Positions 9,597 through 19,339 of a DNA stretch of 64,000 nt are shown one piece after another. This DNA is from Patescibacteria group bacterium (lineage in GTDB: Bacteria > Patescibacteriota > Microgenomatia > UBA1400 > PJMF01): assembly GCA_016861205.1 (NCBI GenBank), contig BOKX01000001.1, positions 264,539 through 328,538 of the forward strand. The letters run 5' to 3'. Numbering within the stretch: position 1 is the stretch's first letter; each line of letters begins with the position of its first letter. The notes under the pieces are model-generated. The model was not told the DNA's origin and did no database searches. It saw only the letters and a list, made by a program, of their open reading frames with translations. The position numbers were made by a program, and so were the translations under genes.

Positions 9597-10586
9597 CTAG
9601 GCTTTAACCTTTCGGTTAAAAACTTTCCAGGCAGCTTTTTGAATATCTTCGGTTGTTAAGTGATACTTGGCAAGTAGCTCTTTGCTTTGTCCAGATTCAC
9701 CAAAGGTATCTTTGACTGCCACACTTTCAACTGGTACAGGATAGTGTTGGGCGCAAGTTTGGCTAACAAGACTACTCAATCCACCATGGAGTTGATGTTC
9801 TTCGGCCGTGACAATAGCGCCTGTCTGCCGCGCCGCGGTGAGAATAGTTTTGGTATCAAAGGGCTTAAGAGTACTAGCGTTTAAGACTCGGACAGACAAA
9901 CCTTCTTGTCTTAGTCGTTGGGCTGCAGTCATGGCTGGGGCGACTAGCAAGCCACAGGCTACGATACTGAGGTCCTTGCCTGTTTCAAGTGTCGAAATTT
10001 TGCCGAGCGTAAATGAACCATTTTTACTTGTGACATCAGGGCACTTATCTCTTGCCAATCTCAAGTAGCTCGGGCCGACCTGACCAGCGATAGCAATGGT
10101 CGCTTGATAGGCCTCGTATGCGTCTGCTGGAACGACAACGGTTACGTTAGGAAGCGACAGTGTGAGCGCCAAGTCTTCTAAAGCTTGATGGGTGGCACCA
10201 TCTGGTCCAACGTTCAGTCCTGCGTGGCCGCCTACGAGTTTGACATTTAGGTTTGAGTAACAAACTGAAACCCGAAATTGGTCCCATGATCGGCCGGGAT
10301 TAAACACCGCGTAGCTAGCTGCAAAAGGGGTTTTACCTCCCAGTGCCATGCCTGCTGCCACTCCGACTAGATTTTGCTCCGCAACCCCTACTTCCACGAA
10401 GCGATCGGGATAGCGGGCGGCAAAGTCAGCCATCCGGACTGACTCTGTGACGTCAGCACATAAACCAACTAGCCCAGGATAGAGTTCAGCCGCGGCCACT
10501 AACCCAGCTCCAAAGCCGTCTCGAGTTCCACTGTCGAGAAGTTGGATGGGGAAAGCTGGTACTTTGAGTTTTTTTATTCGTTCCAT
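9597..10586 (-). CDS. Transketolase, C-terminal (pyrimidine-binding) subunit of a split enzyme
   Basis: Transketolase pyrimidine-binding and C-terminal domain motifs. Overlaps the N-terminal-subunit ORF by 13 nt. Confidence 0.88.
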   Translation of the reverse strand: MERIKKLKVPAFPIQLLDSGTRDGFGAGLVAAAELYPGLVGLCADVTESVRMADFAARYPDRFVEVGVAEQNLVGVAAGMALGGKTPFAASYAVFNPGRSWDQFRVSVCYSNLNVKLVGGHAGLNVGPDGATHQALEDLALTLSLPNVTVVVPADAYEAYQATIAIAGQVGPSYLRLARDKCPDVTSKNGSFTLGKISTLETGKDLSIVACGLLVAPAMTAAQRLRQEGLSVRVLNASTLKPFDTKTILTAARQTGAIVTAEEHQLHGGLSSLVSQTCAQHYPVPVESVAVKDTFGESGQSKELLAKYHLTTEDIQKAAWKVFNRKVKA

Positions 10587-11440
10587 GTTTGCCCCTGAAT
10601 AGTGCGCAATTGTTTGAGTGCTTGTGCAGCTTGGTCGCGATTGGGTGGTGATCCATGCCAGTGATAGTCCCCTTCCATGAAAGTGACACCTTTACCCGGA
10701 ATGGTTCGGCAAATGATGGCACTTGGGGCTGTATTGAAGCTTTGGGCTAAATAGAGGGCTGAAATGATAGCTGAGAAATCATGTCCATCTATCTCTTGAA
10801 CATGCCAGCCAAAGCTCTCTAGCTTTGGTTTGAATGGTTCCAGGGGCATGATGTCTTCAGTTGTGCCATCAATTTGGATGTTATTGCGATCAATCAGCAC
10901 AGTGAGGTTTGCCAATCGGTATTTGGCTGCGAACAAGTAAGCTTCCCAAGTTTGGCCTTCCTGATACTCAGCATCACTCATCAAGGTATAAACTTGATTA
11001 TTTCTTTTATCGAGTCTCAAGGCATATGCAAGGCCACAAGCTTGGGATAAACCTTGTGCGAGTGGTCCAGAGGTGTTCTCGATTCCTGGCAAGCTACCGA
11101 GATGGGGGTGACCCTGCAGTCTTGAGCCGAGCTGGCGGAGAGTTTTTAACTCGGCTTTCGGAAAGTAGCCGGCTTCAGCTAAGGTTGCATACCAGACCGG
11201 ACAGATGTGGCCATTTGATAAGAGGACATAGTCACGGCCAACCCAAGTGGGTTGTTTCGGGCGGTGCTTGAGCACGGAGAAGTAGAGTGCTGTGAAAACA
11301 TCAGCCATGCCAAGTGGCCCGGCACTATGGCCACTACCTGCAGCCAAGAGCATCTTGATGACGGACTGGCGGATTGCGGCTGAGGTTTCAGACAGAGTAA
11401 TCAGCTGCTGAGGTGTTGGAGGGCGGTGAGTGTCTGGCAT
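10574..11440 (-). CDS. Transketolase, N-terminal (thiamine-diphosphate-binding) subunit of a split enzyme
   Basis: GSGHSAGPLGMADVF TPP-binding region and the GHICP..Y motif typical of transketolase N-terminal sections. Confidence 0.88.
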   Translation of the reverse strand: MPDTHRPPTPQQLITLSETSAAIRQSVIKMLLAAGSGHSAGPLGMADVFTALYFSVLKHRPKQPTWVGRDYVLLSNGHICPVWYATLAEAGYFPKAELKTLRQLGSRLQGHPHLGSLPGIENTSGPLAQGLSQACGLAYALRLDKRNNQVYTLMSDAEYQEGQTWEAYLFAAKYRLANLTVLIDRNNIQIDGTTEDIMPLEPFKPKLESFGWHVQEIDGHDFSAIISALYLAQSFNTAPSAIICRTIPGKGVTFMEGDYHWHGSPPNRDQAAQALKQLRTIQGQTWNE

Positions 11441-11491
11441 GCCTTGCAGTATCAGTTATACTGTACCCTGAAGACTGAACTCAAGACTATA

Positions 11492-12202
11492 ATGTCCAGA
11501 CCCCCCGACCCACATGTTTTAGCAGCGGTGCCACCAGATGGCATTTGGTTTTTGGACAAACCGACGAGCTGGACAAGTCATGACGTGGTGGCCTGGATCA
11601 GAGGCAGAACTGGTATTCAACGAGTCGGGCATGCAGGTACTCTTGATCCGTTGGCTACCGGGTTGCTTATTGTACTTGTGGGTCGATCGGCAACGAAGCG
11701 GCAAACAGAATTTCTAAAGCTTGATAAAGAGTATTCGTGTGTGATGCGGCTAGGGTTTGTAAGTTCAACCTATGATCGTGACGGACAGCTGAGTTCAACA
11801 GCCACCTGGGACCAGTTAACTGCCATCACTCCAAAGGCGGTCCAGCACGTTTTTGAGAGCTTTATAGGTGACATTGATCAACAGGTGCCACTCTATTCAT
11901 CTGTCAAAGTGGCTGGTCGGTCATTGCATCGGATAGCACGAGCTGGTGAGCAACTGGCAACCGCACTGCCCGTCAAACGAGTTCATATTCACAGCATTCA
12001 TATCGATAGTTTTAATCGTGAGGTGAGTGACCACACGTTGGACATTCATTTCACAGTTGCCTGTGGTTCTGGGACGTATGTGCGATCGTTAGTGCATGAT
12101 GTAGGTCAAAAACTGAAGGTTGGGGCGATTGTTCAGGAACTGAGGCGAACGAAGATTGGATCTTACACTATCGAAAATGCTCAGCAATTCCCCATAGCTT
12201 GA
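11492..12202 (+). CDS. truB: tRNA pseudouridine(55) synthase TruB
   Basis: DKPxxxTSHDVV and catalytic GHAGTLDPLATGLL motifs. ORF in the track begins at 11426, but the conserved N-terminus starts near MSRPP (11492). Either start is possible. Confidence 0.88.
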   Translation: MSRPPDPHVLAAVPPDGIWFLDKPTSWTSHDVVAWIRGRTGIQRVGHAGTLDPLATGLLIVLVGRSATKRQTEFLKLDKEYSCVMRLGFVSSTYDRDGQLSSTATWDQLTAITPKAVQHVFESFIGDIDQQVPLYSSVKVAGRSLHRIARAGEQLATALPVKRVHIHSIHIDSFNREVSDHTLDIHFTVACGSGTYVRSLVHDVGQKLKVGAIVQELRRTKIGSYTIENAQQFPIA

Positions 12203-12278
12203 GTTCATACTTGTCATTAACCACAAGATGTAGGTACACTGATATGATAGCTGGCTGAGCCAGTAGTGGGTTTTATGC

Positions 12279-13514
12279 ATGAACATGCCCGGAGGTTATG
12301 ACACAGTCCTAATGATTGGATGGGAATACCCGCCTCACAACAGTGGTGGGTTAGGTGTGGCGTGCGAGGGCTTAACCCAAGCACTGGCGGATCATAATAC
12401 TCAAGTTTACTTTACCCTTCCCTATCAGCACCCAACCGCGCTTGGTCACATGCAAGTTGTACCTTGTATTGATCCAACTTGGTCGAACCCAGCTGGTGGT
12501 CCACCTTTTTCGGTGTATTCTTCAACCTTACCACTCACGCGAAACCAAGTAGATGCGGATGAGTTGCACGCGTTGCCACAGTCGGAGTTAGAGCAGCGTG
12601 TCGAAATGTACGCCCAAGTTGTTGCTCAGCAAACACAGGCAGTCCAACCCGAAGTGGGCGTGATACATGCGCATGACTGGATGTCTTTTCCAGCAGCTGC
12701 CCAGTTAAAGCAAGCGACCGGTAAGCCGGTGATTGCGCACATCCACTCGACCGAACACGATCGCATTCCCAATGGTTTGGGTAGTTCCTACATTCTTCAA
12801 ACCGAAGCTGCTGGGATGGCCATGGCAGACAAGATTATTGCTGTCAGCTACTACACGAAGAAATTATTGGTTGATAGATACGGGATTAATCCAGAAAAAA
12901 TTGAGGTAGTTCATAACGGCATTCTCCCCTTAGATCAGCACGCTGTACCACCGGCTCAGTCACAGTTTGCGCCTGGGCAACCGGTTATTGTTTTTATGGG
13001 TCGACTTACCCAGCAAAAAGGTGGTGAGTTTTTTGTGAAGCTGGCTACCCAAGTCTTGCGTCAGCGACCTGACGCTCTGTTTGTGATAGCTGGCCAAGGT
13101 GATTTGTATCATGAACTTTTGTTCAAAACCGCCTACGACAAGCTGTCAGCTTCGGTTTTGTTTAGTGGTTTCCTGAGGGATGCTCAACGTGACAAGCTCC
13201 TTAATCGAGCCGATATTTTTGTGATGCCATCATTGTCTGAACCCTTTGGTTTGGTAGCTCTCGAAGCCGCGCAACGCCGGACACCGGTGATCGTTTCAAA
13301 GCAGGCTGGTGTATCAGAAGTTTTACCGAGTGCGATCTCGGTTGATTTCTGGGACGTCGACAAAATGACTCGTACCATTCTCGAGCTGCTCTCAAACAAA
13401 GGGTATGCACGGCAAATGGTGACCAATCAGCTGCAAGAAGTCAGCAGTGTGACCTGGGATCAAGCGGCGGATAAAGTCAAACGTATTTATCGCCAAGCCT
13501 TTTTGGGCCGTTAG
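12279..13514 (+). CDS. GT4-family (GT-B) glycosyltransferase, glycogen/alpha-glucan synthase-like
   Basis: N-terminal EYPPHNSGGLGV motif. C-terminal EPFGLVALEAA...PVIVS motif of retaining GT4 enzymes. Confidence 0.8.
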   Translation: MNMPGGYDTVLMIGWEYPPHNSGGLGVACEGLTQALADHNTQVYFTLPYQHPTALGHMQVVPCIDPTWSNPAGGPPFSVYSSTLPLTRNQVDADELHALPQSELEQRVEMYAQVVAQQTQAVQPEVGVIHAHDWMSFPAAAQLKQATGKPVIAHIHSTEHDRIPNGLGSSYILQTEAAGMAMADKIIAVSYYTKKLLVDRYGINPEKIEVVHNGILPLDQHAVPPAQSQFAPGQPVIVFMGRLTQQKGGEFFVKLATQVLRQRPDALFVIAGQGDLYHELLFKTAYDKLSASVLFSGFLRDAQRDKLLNRADIFVMPSLSEPFGLVALEAAQRRTPVIVSKQAGVSEVLPSAISVDFWDVDKMTRTILELLSNKGYARQMVTNQLQEVSSVTWDQAADKVKRIYRQAFLGR

Positions 13515-13517
13515 AAA

Positions 13518-14723
13518 TTGGTTGTCAGTATGCCTCAACTGTGTTGGTATTTTCAGTTACATCAGCCCTATCGGTTGCGGGACCTCAGCATTTTTGATTT
13601 GGGATCTGAGCCAAGTTACTTTGGCCAAGTAGAGCGAGACGCTAATCGTGAAGTTTTTCAAAAAGTAGCTCAAAAATCATACATACCAATGTTGTCTTTG
13701 TTGTATCGTCTGACGCAAGCTGTTCCTGAGTTTGTGTTTGCCATATCAGGATCAGGCGTGTTTTTGGAACAAGCTGCGGAGTTTGCACCTGAAGTTATTG
13801 CTTGGTTGAAGAAGTTGACAACCACGGGTCAAATGGAGTGGTTGTCTGAAACATACCATCACTCGCTAGCTAGCCTTTACTCTCCCGCCGAGTTTCAGCG
13901 CCAGGTGGCAGCCCATGCTCAGAAACTGGATGAGTTATTTCAAGTGCGGCCCACAGTATTTCGTAACACGGAGCTAGTTTACTCTAATGACGTAGCCCAG
14001 TTGGTGGCAGAGCTGGGGTATCAAGGTATGTTGACTGAGGCTGTTGACCGATACCTGAATGGTCAGCCCAAAACAACAGTGTATCAAGACGTTTCGGGTC
14101 AGTTAAAGCTTTTGCTCAAGCATGCACAGTTGTCTGATGATATTGCGTTTCGATTTTCTGAGCGAAGCTGGCAGTGGTATCCCCTGACTGTTGATCGTTA
14201 CCTCGAGTGGCTGGAGGTGTATCCAGAGTCAGAAGTTATTAACTTATTCATGGACTTTGAAACATTTGGTGAGCACCAGTGGGAAAGTACGGGTATATTC
14301 GATTTTTTTGAGAAATTGATCCGGCGTTTTGTTGAACGTGATTGGAACAGCTACAAAACACCCAGCCAGCTCTTTGCTAGTGCCAAACTTGGCTCACTAC
14401 CGACCTACAATGTACCGCAGCCCATTTCTTGGGCAGATGTGGATCGGGATCTAACTGCCTGGGTGGATAACGCCTTTCAGCGTGATTGTCTTAGGTTGGT
14501 GTATGAGCTAGAACCGGCCATTCTGGCAAGCCGTGACGCACAACTCATCAATGACTGGCGCCGACTGCAGACGAGTGATCACTTTTACTATATGTGCACT
14601 AAGTGGTCAGCCGATGGTGACGTACATGCGTACTTTAGTCCATACGAGTCGCCGTACGAGGCGTATCGCCGTTTCTCGATTGTGTTGGCAGATGTGAAGA
14701 GACGCTTGAGTCTGGTAACTTAG
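13518..14723 (+). CDS. Glycoside hydrolase family 57-like alpha-glucan enzyme (amylopullulanase, branching enzyme or 4-alpha-glucanotransferase type)
   Basis: HQPYR motif near the N-terminus and the FMDFETFGEHQWE catalytic-region motif characteristic of GH57. Confidence 0.7.
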   Translation: MVVSMPQLCWYFQLHQPYRLRDLSIFDLGSEPSYFGQVERDANREVFQKVAQKSYIPMLSLLYRLTQAVPEFVFAISGSGVFLEQAAEFAPEVIAWLKKLTTTGQMEWLSETYHHSLASLYSPAEFQRQVAAHAQKLDELFQVRPTVFRNTELVYSNDVAQLVAELGYQGMLTEAVDRYLNGQPKTTVYQDVSGQLKLLLKHAQLSDDIAFRFSERSWQWYPLTVDRYLEWLEVYPESEVINLFMDFETFGEHQWESTGIFDFFEKLIRRFVERDWNSYKTPSQLFASAKLGSLPTYNVPQPISWADVDRDLTAWVDNAFQRDCLRLVYELEPAILASRDAQLINDWRRLQTSDHFYYMCTKWSADGDVHAYFSPYESPYEAYRRFSIVLADVKRRLSLVT

Positions 14724-14821
14724 CTATTGTTAGTCTAGTATTCGGGGATTCTATCGCAAAGAATTTCCGTCACGATTTGCTTACTTGAGCCTATACCCCA
14801 AACCTTGCTACACTGGCAGAT

Positions 14822-16837
14822 ATGCCTCGTGCTTTGGTTTTGGGTAATGGCCAGTTGTTAGTCAGTTTAGACCAGTTTGGGTTTGTCAGGGATTTTTACT
14901 ATCCGTATGTGGGACTTGAGAACCACACCATGGGCGAACGACACCGGATTGGGGTCTGGGTAAACAATCGATTTTCGTGGCTGGATGATGGCAGCTGGCA
15001 GATTTCCCTAGGTTACAAACCAGAAACCATGGTCGGCTACTTAGTCTGTAAAAATGAAGCACTCCAGATGAGTTTGGTCATGGAGGACATCGTATACAAC
15101 GAACAAACGGTGTTCATTCGCCAAGTTGATATTTACAACCATGCTGAAGAGTGTGTCGATATTCGCTTATTCTTCCATCAAATTTTCTATATTAGCGAAG
15201 CTAAAAAGCGAAATACAGCTTTCTTTGATCCAACACACACTGCCATGGTGCACTACAAAGGTCGACGGGTGTTTATTGTGAATGGTCGGACTGCTGATGG
15301 TACCACCATGGATGATTACTCGGTAGGTGCCTACCACTACGAGGGCAAAGAAGGTACTTTCAAAGACGCTGAGGACGGTCAACTGAGTCGGAACGCAGTT
15401 GAGCATGGTTCTGTTGATTCGGTGGTGCGGTTTAGTGTGAAGTGCCAAGGCAAAGAAAAGACAACGGTCTATTACTGGATTTGTGCCGGTAAGTCACTTG
15501 ACGAAGCCTACACTGCCAACGAGATGGTCATGTCGAAAACTCCAGCTGGTATGCTCCACTCGACTGAACAGTACTGGAATGCTTGGTTAAACAAACAAGA
15601 ACTACATACCGAAAAGAACTTAACCGCAATCCAAAAGAAACTTTTTGATACATCGCTATTTATTTTACGAGCTCATGTCGATAATCGTGGGAGCATTATA
15701 GCGTCGGCCGATAGCGAGATGATCGAGTATGGCAAAGACGACTACGCCTACATGTGGCCTCGTGATGCGGCATTCATTGTCTCGACACTTGATAAGGCTG
15801 GCTATCATGAAGCCACCAAGCAGTTTTTTCTATTCTGCAAAGACGTTTTACATCCAGACGGGTACTTACACCATCGCTTCCGATCTGACCAAAGCTTAGG
15901 TTCAACCTGGCATTCTACTGTTTCTCAGCAAGAGTGGTTGAAGGATAAAATTTTGCAGTTGCCGATTCAGGAAGATGAAAGTGCCAGTGTTTTGTTTGCC
16001 TTATGGAAACACTACGAGGCAACCAAAGACTTAGAGTTTATTGAGAGTTTGTATAAGCCATTTATCGAGAAGATTGCTCGTTTTTTGATGAACTATCGTC
16101 ATAAAGAAACAGGCCTCCCATTGCCCTCATATGACCTTTGGGAGGAAAAGAACGGTGTTTCAACGTATACCTGTGCGGCTGTGTATGGTGGGTTGATGGC
16201 TGCTGCCCAGTTTGCTGAACTCCTTGGCAAACGCAACCATATGCGAGAGTACAAGAACTCAGCTAAAAGTATTAAGCAGGCAGCCATTGACCATTTGTTT
16301 CATCCCAAGCTCAATAGTTTTATTCGTCACGTCACTATTGAGAATAACCAAGTCGTGCCGCATGAAGTGGTTGATGCCAGTTCTTTGTTTGGGTTGTGGT
16401 ACTTTGGCATGTTAGATCAAGATGACGAGCTACTTATGAAAACCCAAACTGAGGTAACTGCTCGCTTAACAAACCCCGATCCCGTGGGTGGTGTGATTCG
16501 CTATGAAGCCGATGAGTACTTTAAGTCTACTGACCGGTCAAACCCGTGGATTATTACTACGTTGTGGCAAGTCCAGCGACTTCTCTACCGCCATCCGGTT
16601 AAGTTGGAGGACCTAGAGTTGGTTAAGAAAACGCTCGATTGGGTGGTTCAACACATGTATCCATCTGGGGTGTTGCCCGAACAACTTAATCCGCATACTG
16701 GCGCATCACTGTCGGCGACCCCGCTCGTTTGGAGTCATGCCGTTTATGTCGAAACAGTTTTGTTATACTTGGATGCGCTGCATGAGCTTGGACTGTGCGA
16801 AAAATGCGGGCCACTTATGGTGCCTCATGAGCTTTAG
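14822..16837 (+). CDS. GH15-family glucoamylase/glucodextranase-like protein (prokaryotic type with N-terminal beta-sandwich)
   Basis: Hallmark YDLWEE motif, (alpha/alpha)6 catalytic region, 671 aa. Confidence 0.82.
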   Translation: MPRALVLGNGQLLVSLDQFGFVRDFYYPYVGLENHTMGERHRIGVWVNNRFSWLDDGSWQISLGYKPETMVGYLVCKNEALQMSLVMEDIVYNEQTVFIRQVDIYNHAEECVDIRLFFHQIFYISEAKKRNTAFFDPTHTAMVHYKGRRVFIVNGRTADGTTMDDYSVGAYHYEGKEGTFKDAEDGQLSRNAVEHGSVDSVVRFSVKCQGKEKTTVYYWICAGKSLDEAYTANEMVMSKTPAGMLHSTEQYWNAWLNKQELHTEKNLTAIQKKLFDTSLFILRAHVDNRGSIIASADSEMIEYGKDDYAYMWPRDAAFIVSTLDKAGYHEATKQFFLFCKDVLHPDGYLHHRFRSDQSLGSTWHSTVSQQEWLKDKILQLPIQEDESASVLFALWKHYEATKDLEFIESLYKPFIEKIARFLMNYRHKETGLPLPSYDLWEEKNGVSTYTCAAVYGGLMAAAQFAELLGKRNHMREYKNSAKSIKQAAIDHLFHPKLNSFIRHVTIENNQVVPHEVVDASSLFGLWYFGMLDQDDELLMKTQTEVTARLTNPDPVGGVIRYEADEYFKSTDRSNPWIITTLWQVQRLLYRHPVKLEDLELVKKTLDWVVQHMYPSGVLPEQLNPHTGASLSATPLVWSHAVYVETVLLYLDALHELGLCEKCGPLMVPHEL

Positions 16838-16846
16838 AAAGGCGAA

Positions 16847-17773
16847 ATGCCGAAGTATGTGATTGCTGTTGATGGTGGAGGAACGAAGACTCACGCATTG
16901 TGCGCTGAAGTGGGTGGCGGAGTAATTGGTGAGGGAGTATCTGGGCCAACGAGCCTGGCGGCTACAACTGTAGGCGCAGCTAGTTTTAATTTAAAAGAGG
17001 CTATCCGCCAAGCCACTGAAAAATTGCCTCCAGAGACTATCTACGAACGTTTAATAATGGGTTTGGCGGGCATGGATACAGCAGAAGAAGAAAAGCAAGC
17101 TCGGGCAGTGTTCACTGATGGCTTAGCACATGTGCAAGTAAATGAGTTTGTACTAGTTAATGACACTCTCATCGCCCTGGAAAGTGGTAGTAATGACCCC
17201 AACTCGCTAGTGGTGATTGCTGGGACTGGCTCGAACTGCATGGGTCGAAATCAAGAAGGCCAAATGGCAAAGGCTGGTGGTATGGATTATTTACTGACCG
17301 ACCAGGGGTCAGGATATGCGATTGGTCGTGCGGTTTTGCGACAAGCAGTTAAAAGTTTTGATGGTCGAGGAGCCAAAACTGAACTTGAACAGTATGTCTG
17401 CCAGCACTTTCGGATTGAGACATTGGCAGACCTTAAGACAAAGGTATACAACCCGCCCCTGAACAAAACCGAGGTGGCTGAGCTGGCTCAACTGGCACTG
17501 CGCGCCTACGACCAGGGTGATGAAGTTGCCAAGCGCATTTTTGAGCTGGCCGGTGATGAGCTCGTTTGTATGGCGAAGGCGGTTCTAACAAAGCTCAATC
17601 TGCTGTCACGACCAGCCACCTGTGTTCTGGCAGGAAGTATCACTAAAATTAGCTACTTCAATGAACGCCTGAATCGCGAGTTAACAGCCCTGAATCCACA
17701 GTTAACTATTGCGGTTCCTACTCAGGCCCCGGTTCACGGTGCTCTCGAGATGGCGCTGCGTAATCTGGTATAA
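16847..17773 (+). CDS. BadF/BadG/BcrA/BcrD-type ATPase; N-acetylglucosamine/sugar kinase-like
   Basis: N-terminal VIAVDGGGTKTH phosphate-1 motif of the ASKHA superfamily. About 308 aa. Confidence 0.78.
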   Translation: MPKYVIAVDGGGTKTHALCAEVGGGVIGEGVSGPTSLAATTVGAASFNLKEAIRQATEKLPPETIYERLIMGLAGMDTAEEEKQARAVFTDGLAHVQVNEFVLVNDTLIALESGSNDPNSLVVIAGTGSNCMGRNQEGQMAKAGGMDYLLTDQGSGYAIGRAVLRQAVKSFDGRGAKTELEQYVCQHFRIETLADLKTKVYNPPLNKTEVAELAQLALRAYDQGDEVAKRIFELAGDELVCMAKAVLTKLNLLSRPATCVLAGSITKISYFNERLNRELTALNPQLTIAVPTQAPVHGALEMALRNLV

Positions 17774-17782
17774 TGTTGCCTC

Positions 17783-18151
17783 ATGCAAGCAGAAGATGCT
17801 CGACTAGCTTTAGCCATTGGCGCTTGGGTTCACCAGCGTAGCGATGTTCCACGGAAAGTAGTGGATCGTTACCGAGGCAAGACCTATCAAGATCCGACTG
17901 CTCAGGGATCTGGCAGTCAATTTAATTTCCGGACCAAATCACCTGACCATTTAATCAAATCTGATCGAGTGTCACGACGCTACTATGTTGAGTTCGATGG
18001 TGACACATCGTCACTGCTCGTTGAAGAACAAAGTAGTGACACCTATAAACTAAGTGATCTGGACAACAAGTATACGTATCAAGCTGAAGTCCGCTCAGAC
18101 CGAGTAACGTTACGTGGTCACGGATCTAGCTATGAGTTTGAGTTGTCATGA
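17783..18151 (+). CDS. Hypothetical protein
   Basis: ORF only. Its stop overlaps the next ORF's start (ATGA). Confidence 0.4.
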   Translation: MQAEDARLALAIGAWVHQRSDVPRKVVDRYRGKTYQDPTAQGSGSQFNFRTKSPDHLIKSDRVSRRYYVEFDGDTSSLLVEEQSSDTYKLSDLDNKYTYQAEVRSDRVTLRGHGSSYEFELS

Positions 18152-18705
18152 CCGGATCACGGGAACTCAGCCAATTTTTTCATTCAGATTCTAAAGTAAA
18201 CTTCGCCATGCGCCAGTTTGCACAGATTAGCGCTCAGCACTCGGCGTCTGTAACGATGCAAGCGGCTGAGCTAGCCAAGCGTATGCAGCAAACCGAGTAC
18301 CCAATCCAAGATGTTATGAATGATTGGTACTTTCCTTTGATTTGGGCATCAGAAGTAACTCGAGAGCAACTACTGATCGCAGCCTGTCGTGCTCATAGCC
18401 ACCGGTCACGTTGGCAAAAACTACGCCACCCCATCAAAATCACACCAGAGAAAATTGCTGGCGTCATTACGCAAGTAGGCAATGTAGCCGACAACTTACG
18501 AGTACTGCCAGTTTCCAACCTTGATGAAATTATTGCTCATGGTCATGAACTGCGATCAGCCAATCATGGCCGCCACAGCAAAAAAGTTGAGCGGAGCTTG
18601 AGTCAGTTTGCCAGGGTTATGCTGGGAGTGGAAAAAACTGTCAGTTCTGCCAGTAAACCACGACGACTGATTTCACTAGCCACCTCGCTGCTTGGTTTCG
18701 AGTAA
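18148..18705 (+). CDS. Hypothetical protein
   Basis: ORF only. Translationally coupled (4-nt overlap) to 17783..18151. Confidence 0.4.
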   Translation: MTGSRELSQFFHSDSKVNFAMRQFAQISAQHSASVTMQAAELAKRMQQTEYPIQDVMNDWYFPLIWASEVTREQLLIAACRAHSHRSRWQKLRHPIKITPEKIAGVITQVGNVADNLRVLPVSNLDEIIAHGHELRSANHGRHSKKVERSLSQFARVMLGVEKTVSSASKPRRLISLATSLLGFE

Positions 18706-18750
18706 CAGCGGCCGTAACAACTCTGCTCGGGGCACTGTGTATAATGGGGC

Positions 18751-19332
18751 ATGATATCCTCACTCAAACTCCTGTTAGTAGCTAGTGTCTGTTTGGCTCT
18801 TGGTATCGGGGCAACATTAGCTTGGCAGCGTTACACTGCATTATCTGCCGAAAATGAACGCCTTAAGGCTGCCCAGAGTTCACCACTCGTTGTCGCTTCG
18901 GCATCACCAACCAGCGACGAATCAGTTGCAACTGGCAAAAAGATGGTACTGCCCTCACCTACTCCTGAAGACATAGCCACTGGGTCAATTACTGGTGCAC
19001 TTGGCTACCCGAGTGAAGGTATTCCACCTCTTGAGGTTGTCGCTTTCCAAAAGGGTGATTTAGCCGAGTATGTAAAACTAGACACGCAATCAAATCAATC
19101 AACATACACCCTCTCAGGTCTTAAACCAGGTAAGTATGTGGTGGTAGCCTATCTTAAGTCACACCCAGATTCTGCTGGTGGCTACTCTCAAATGGTGCCA
19201 TGTGGTTTGTTAGCTAGTTGTACTGATCACAGCTTGATTGAAGTTGAGGTCAAGTCTGGTGAAACCACCAAAGGTGTCGATATTAAGGACTGGTATGCTC
19301 CGGCTGGAACCTTTCCTGCTCAGCCAAAGTAG
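18751..19332 (+). CDS. Hypothetical secreted or membrane-anchored protein
   Basis: N-terminal hydrophobic signal or anchor (LLLVASVCLALGIGATLA). Ser/Pro-rich spacer, then a compact beta-rich C-terminal domain. Confidence 0.5.
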   Translation: MISSLKLLLVASVCLALGIGATLAWQRYTALSAENERLKAAQSSPLVVASASPTSDESVATGKKMVLPSPTPEDIATGSITGALGYPSEGIPPLEVVAFQKGDLAEYVKLDTQSNQSTYTLSGLKPGKYVVVAYLKSHPDSAGGYSQMVPCGLLASCTDHSLIEVEVKSGETTKGVDIKDWYAPAGTFPAQPK

Positions 19333-19339
19333 CGATTTT

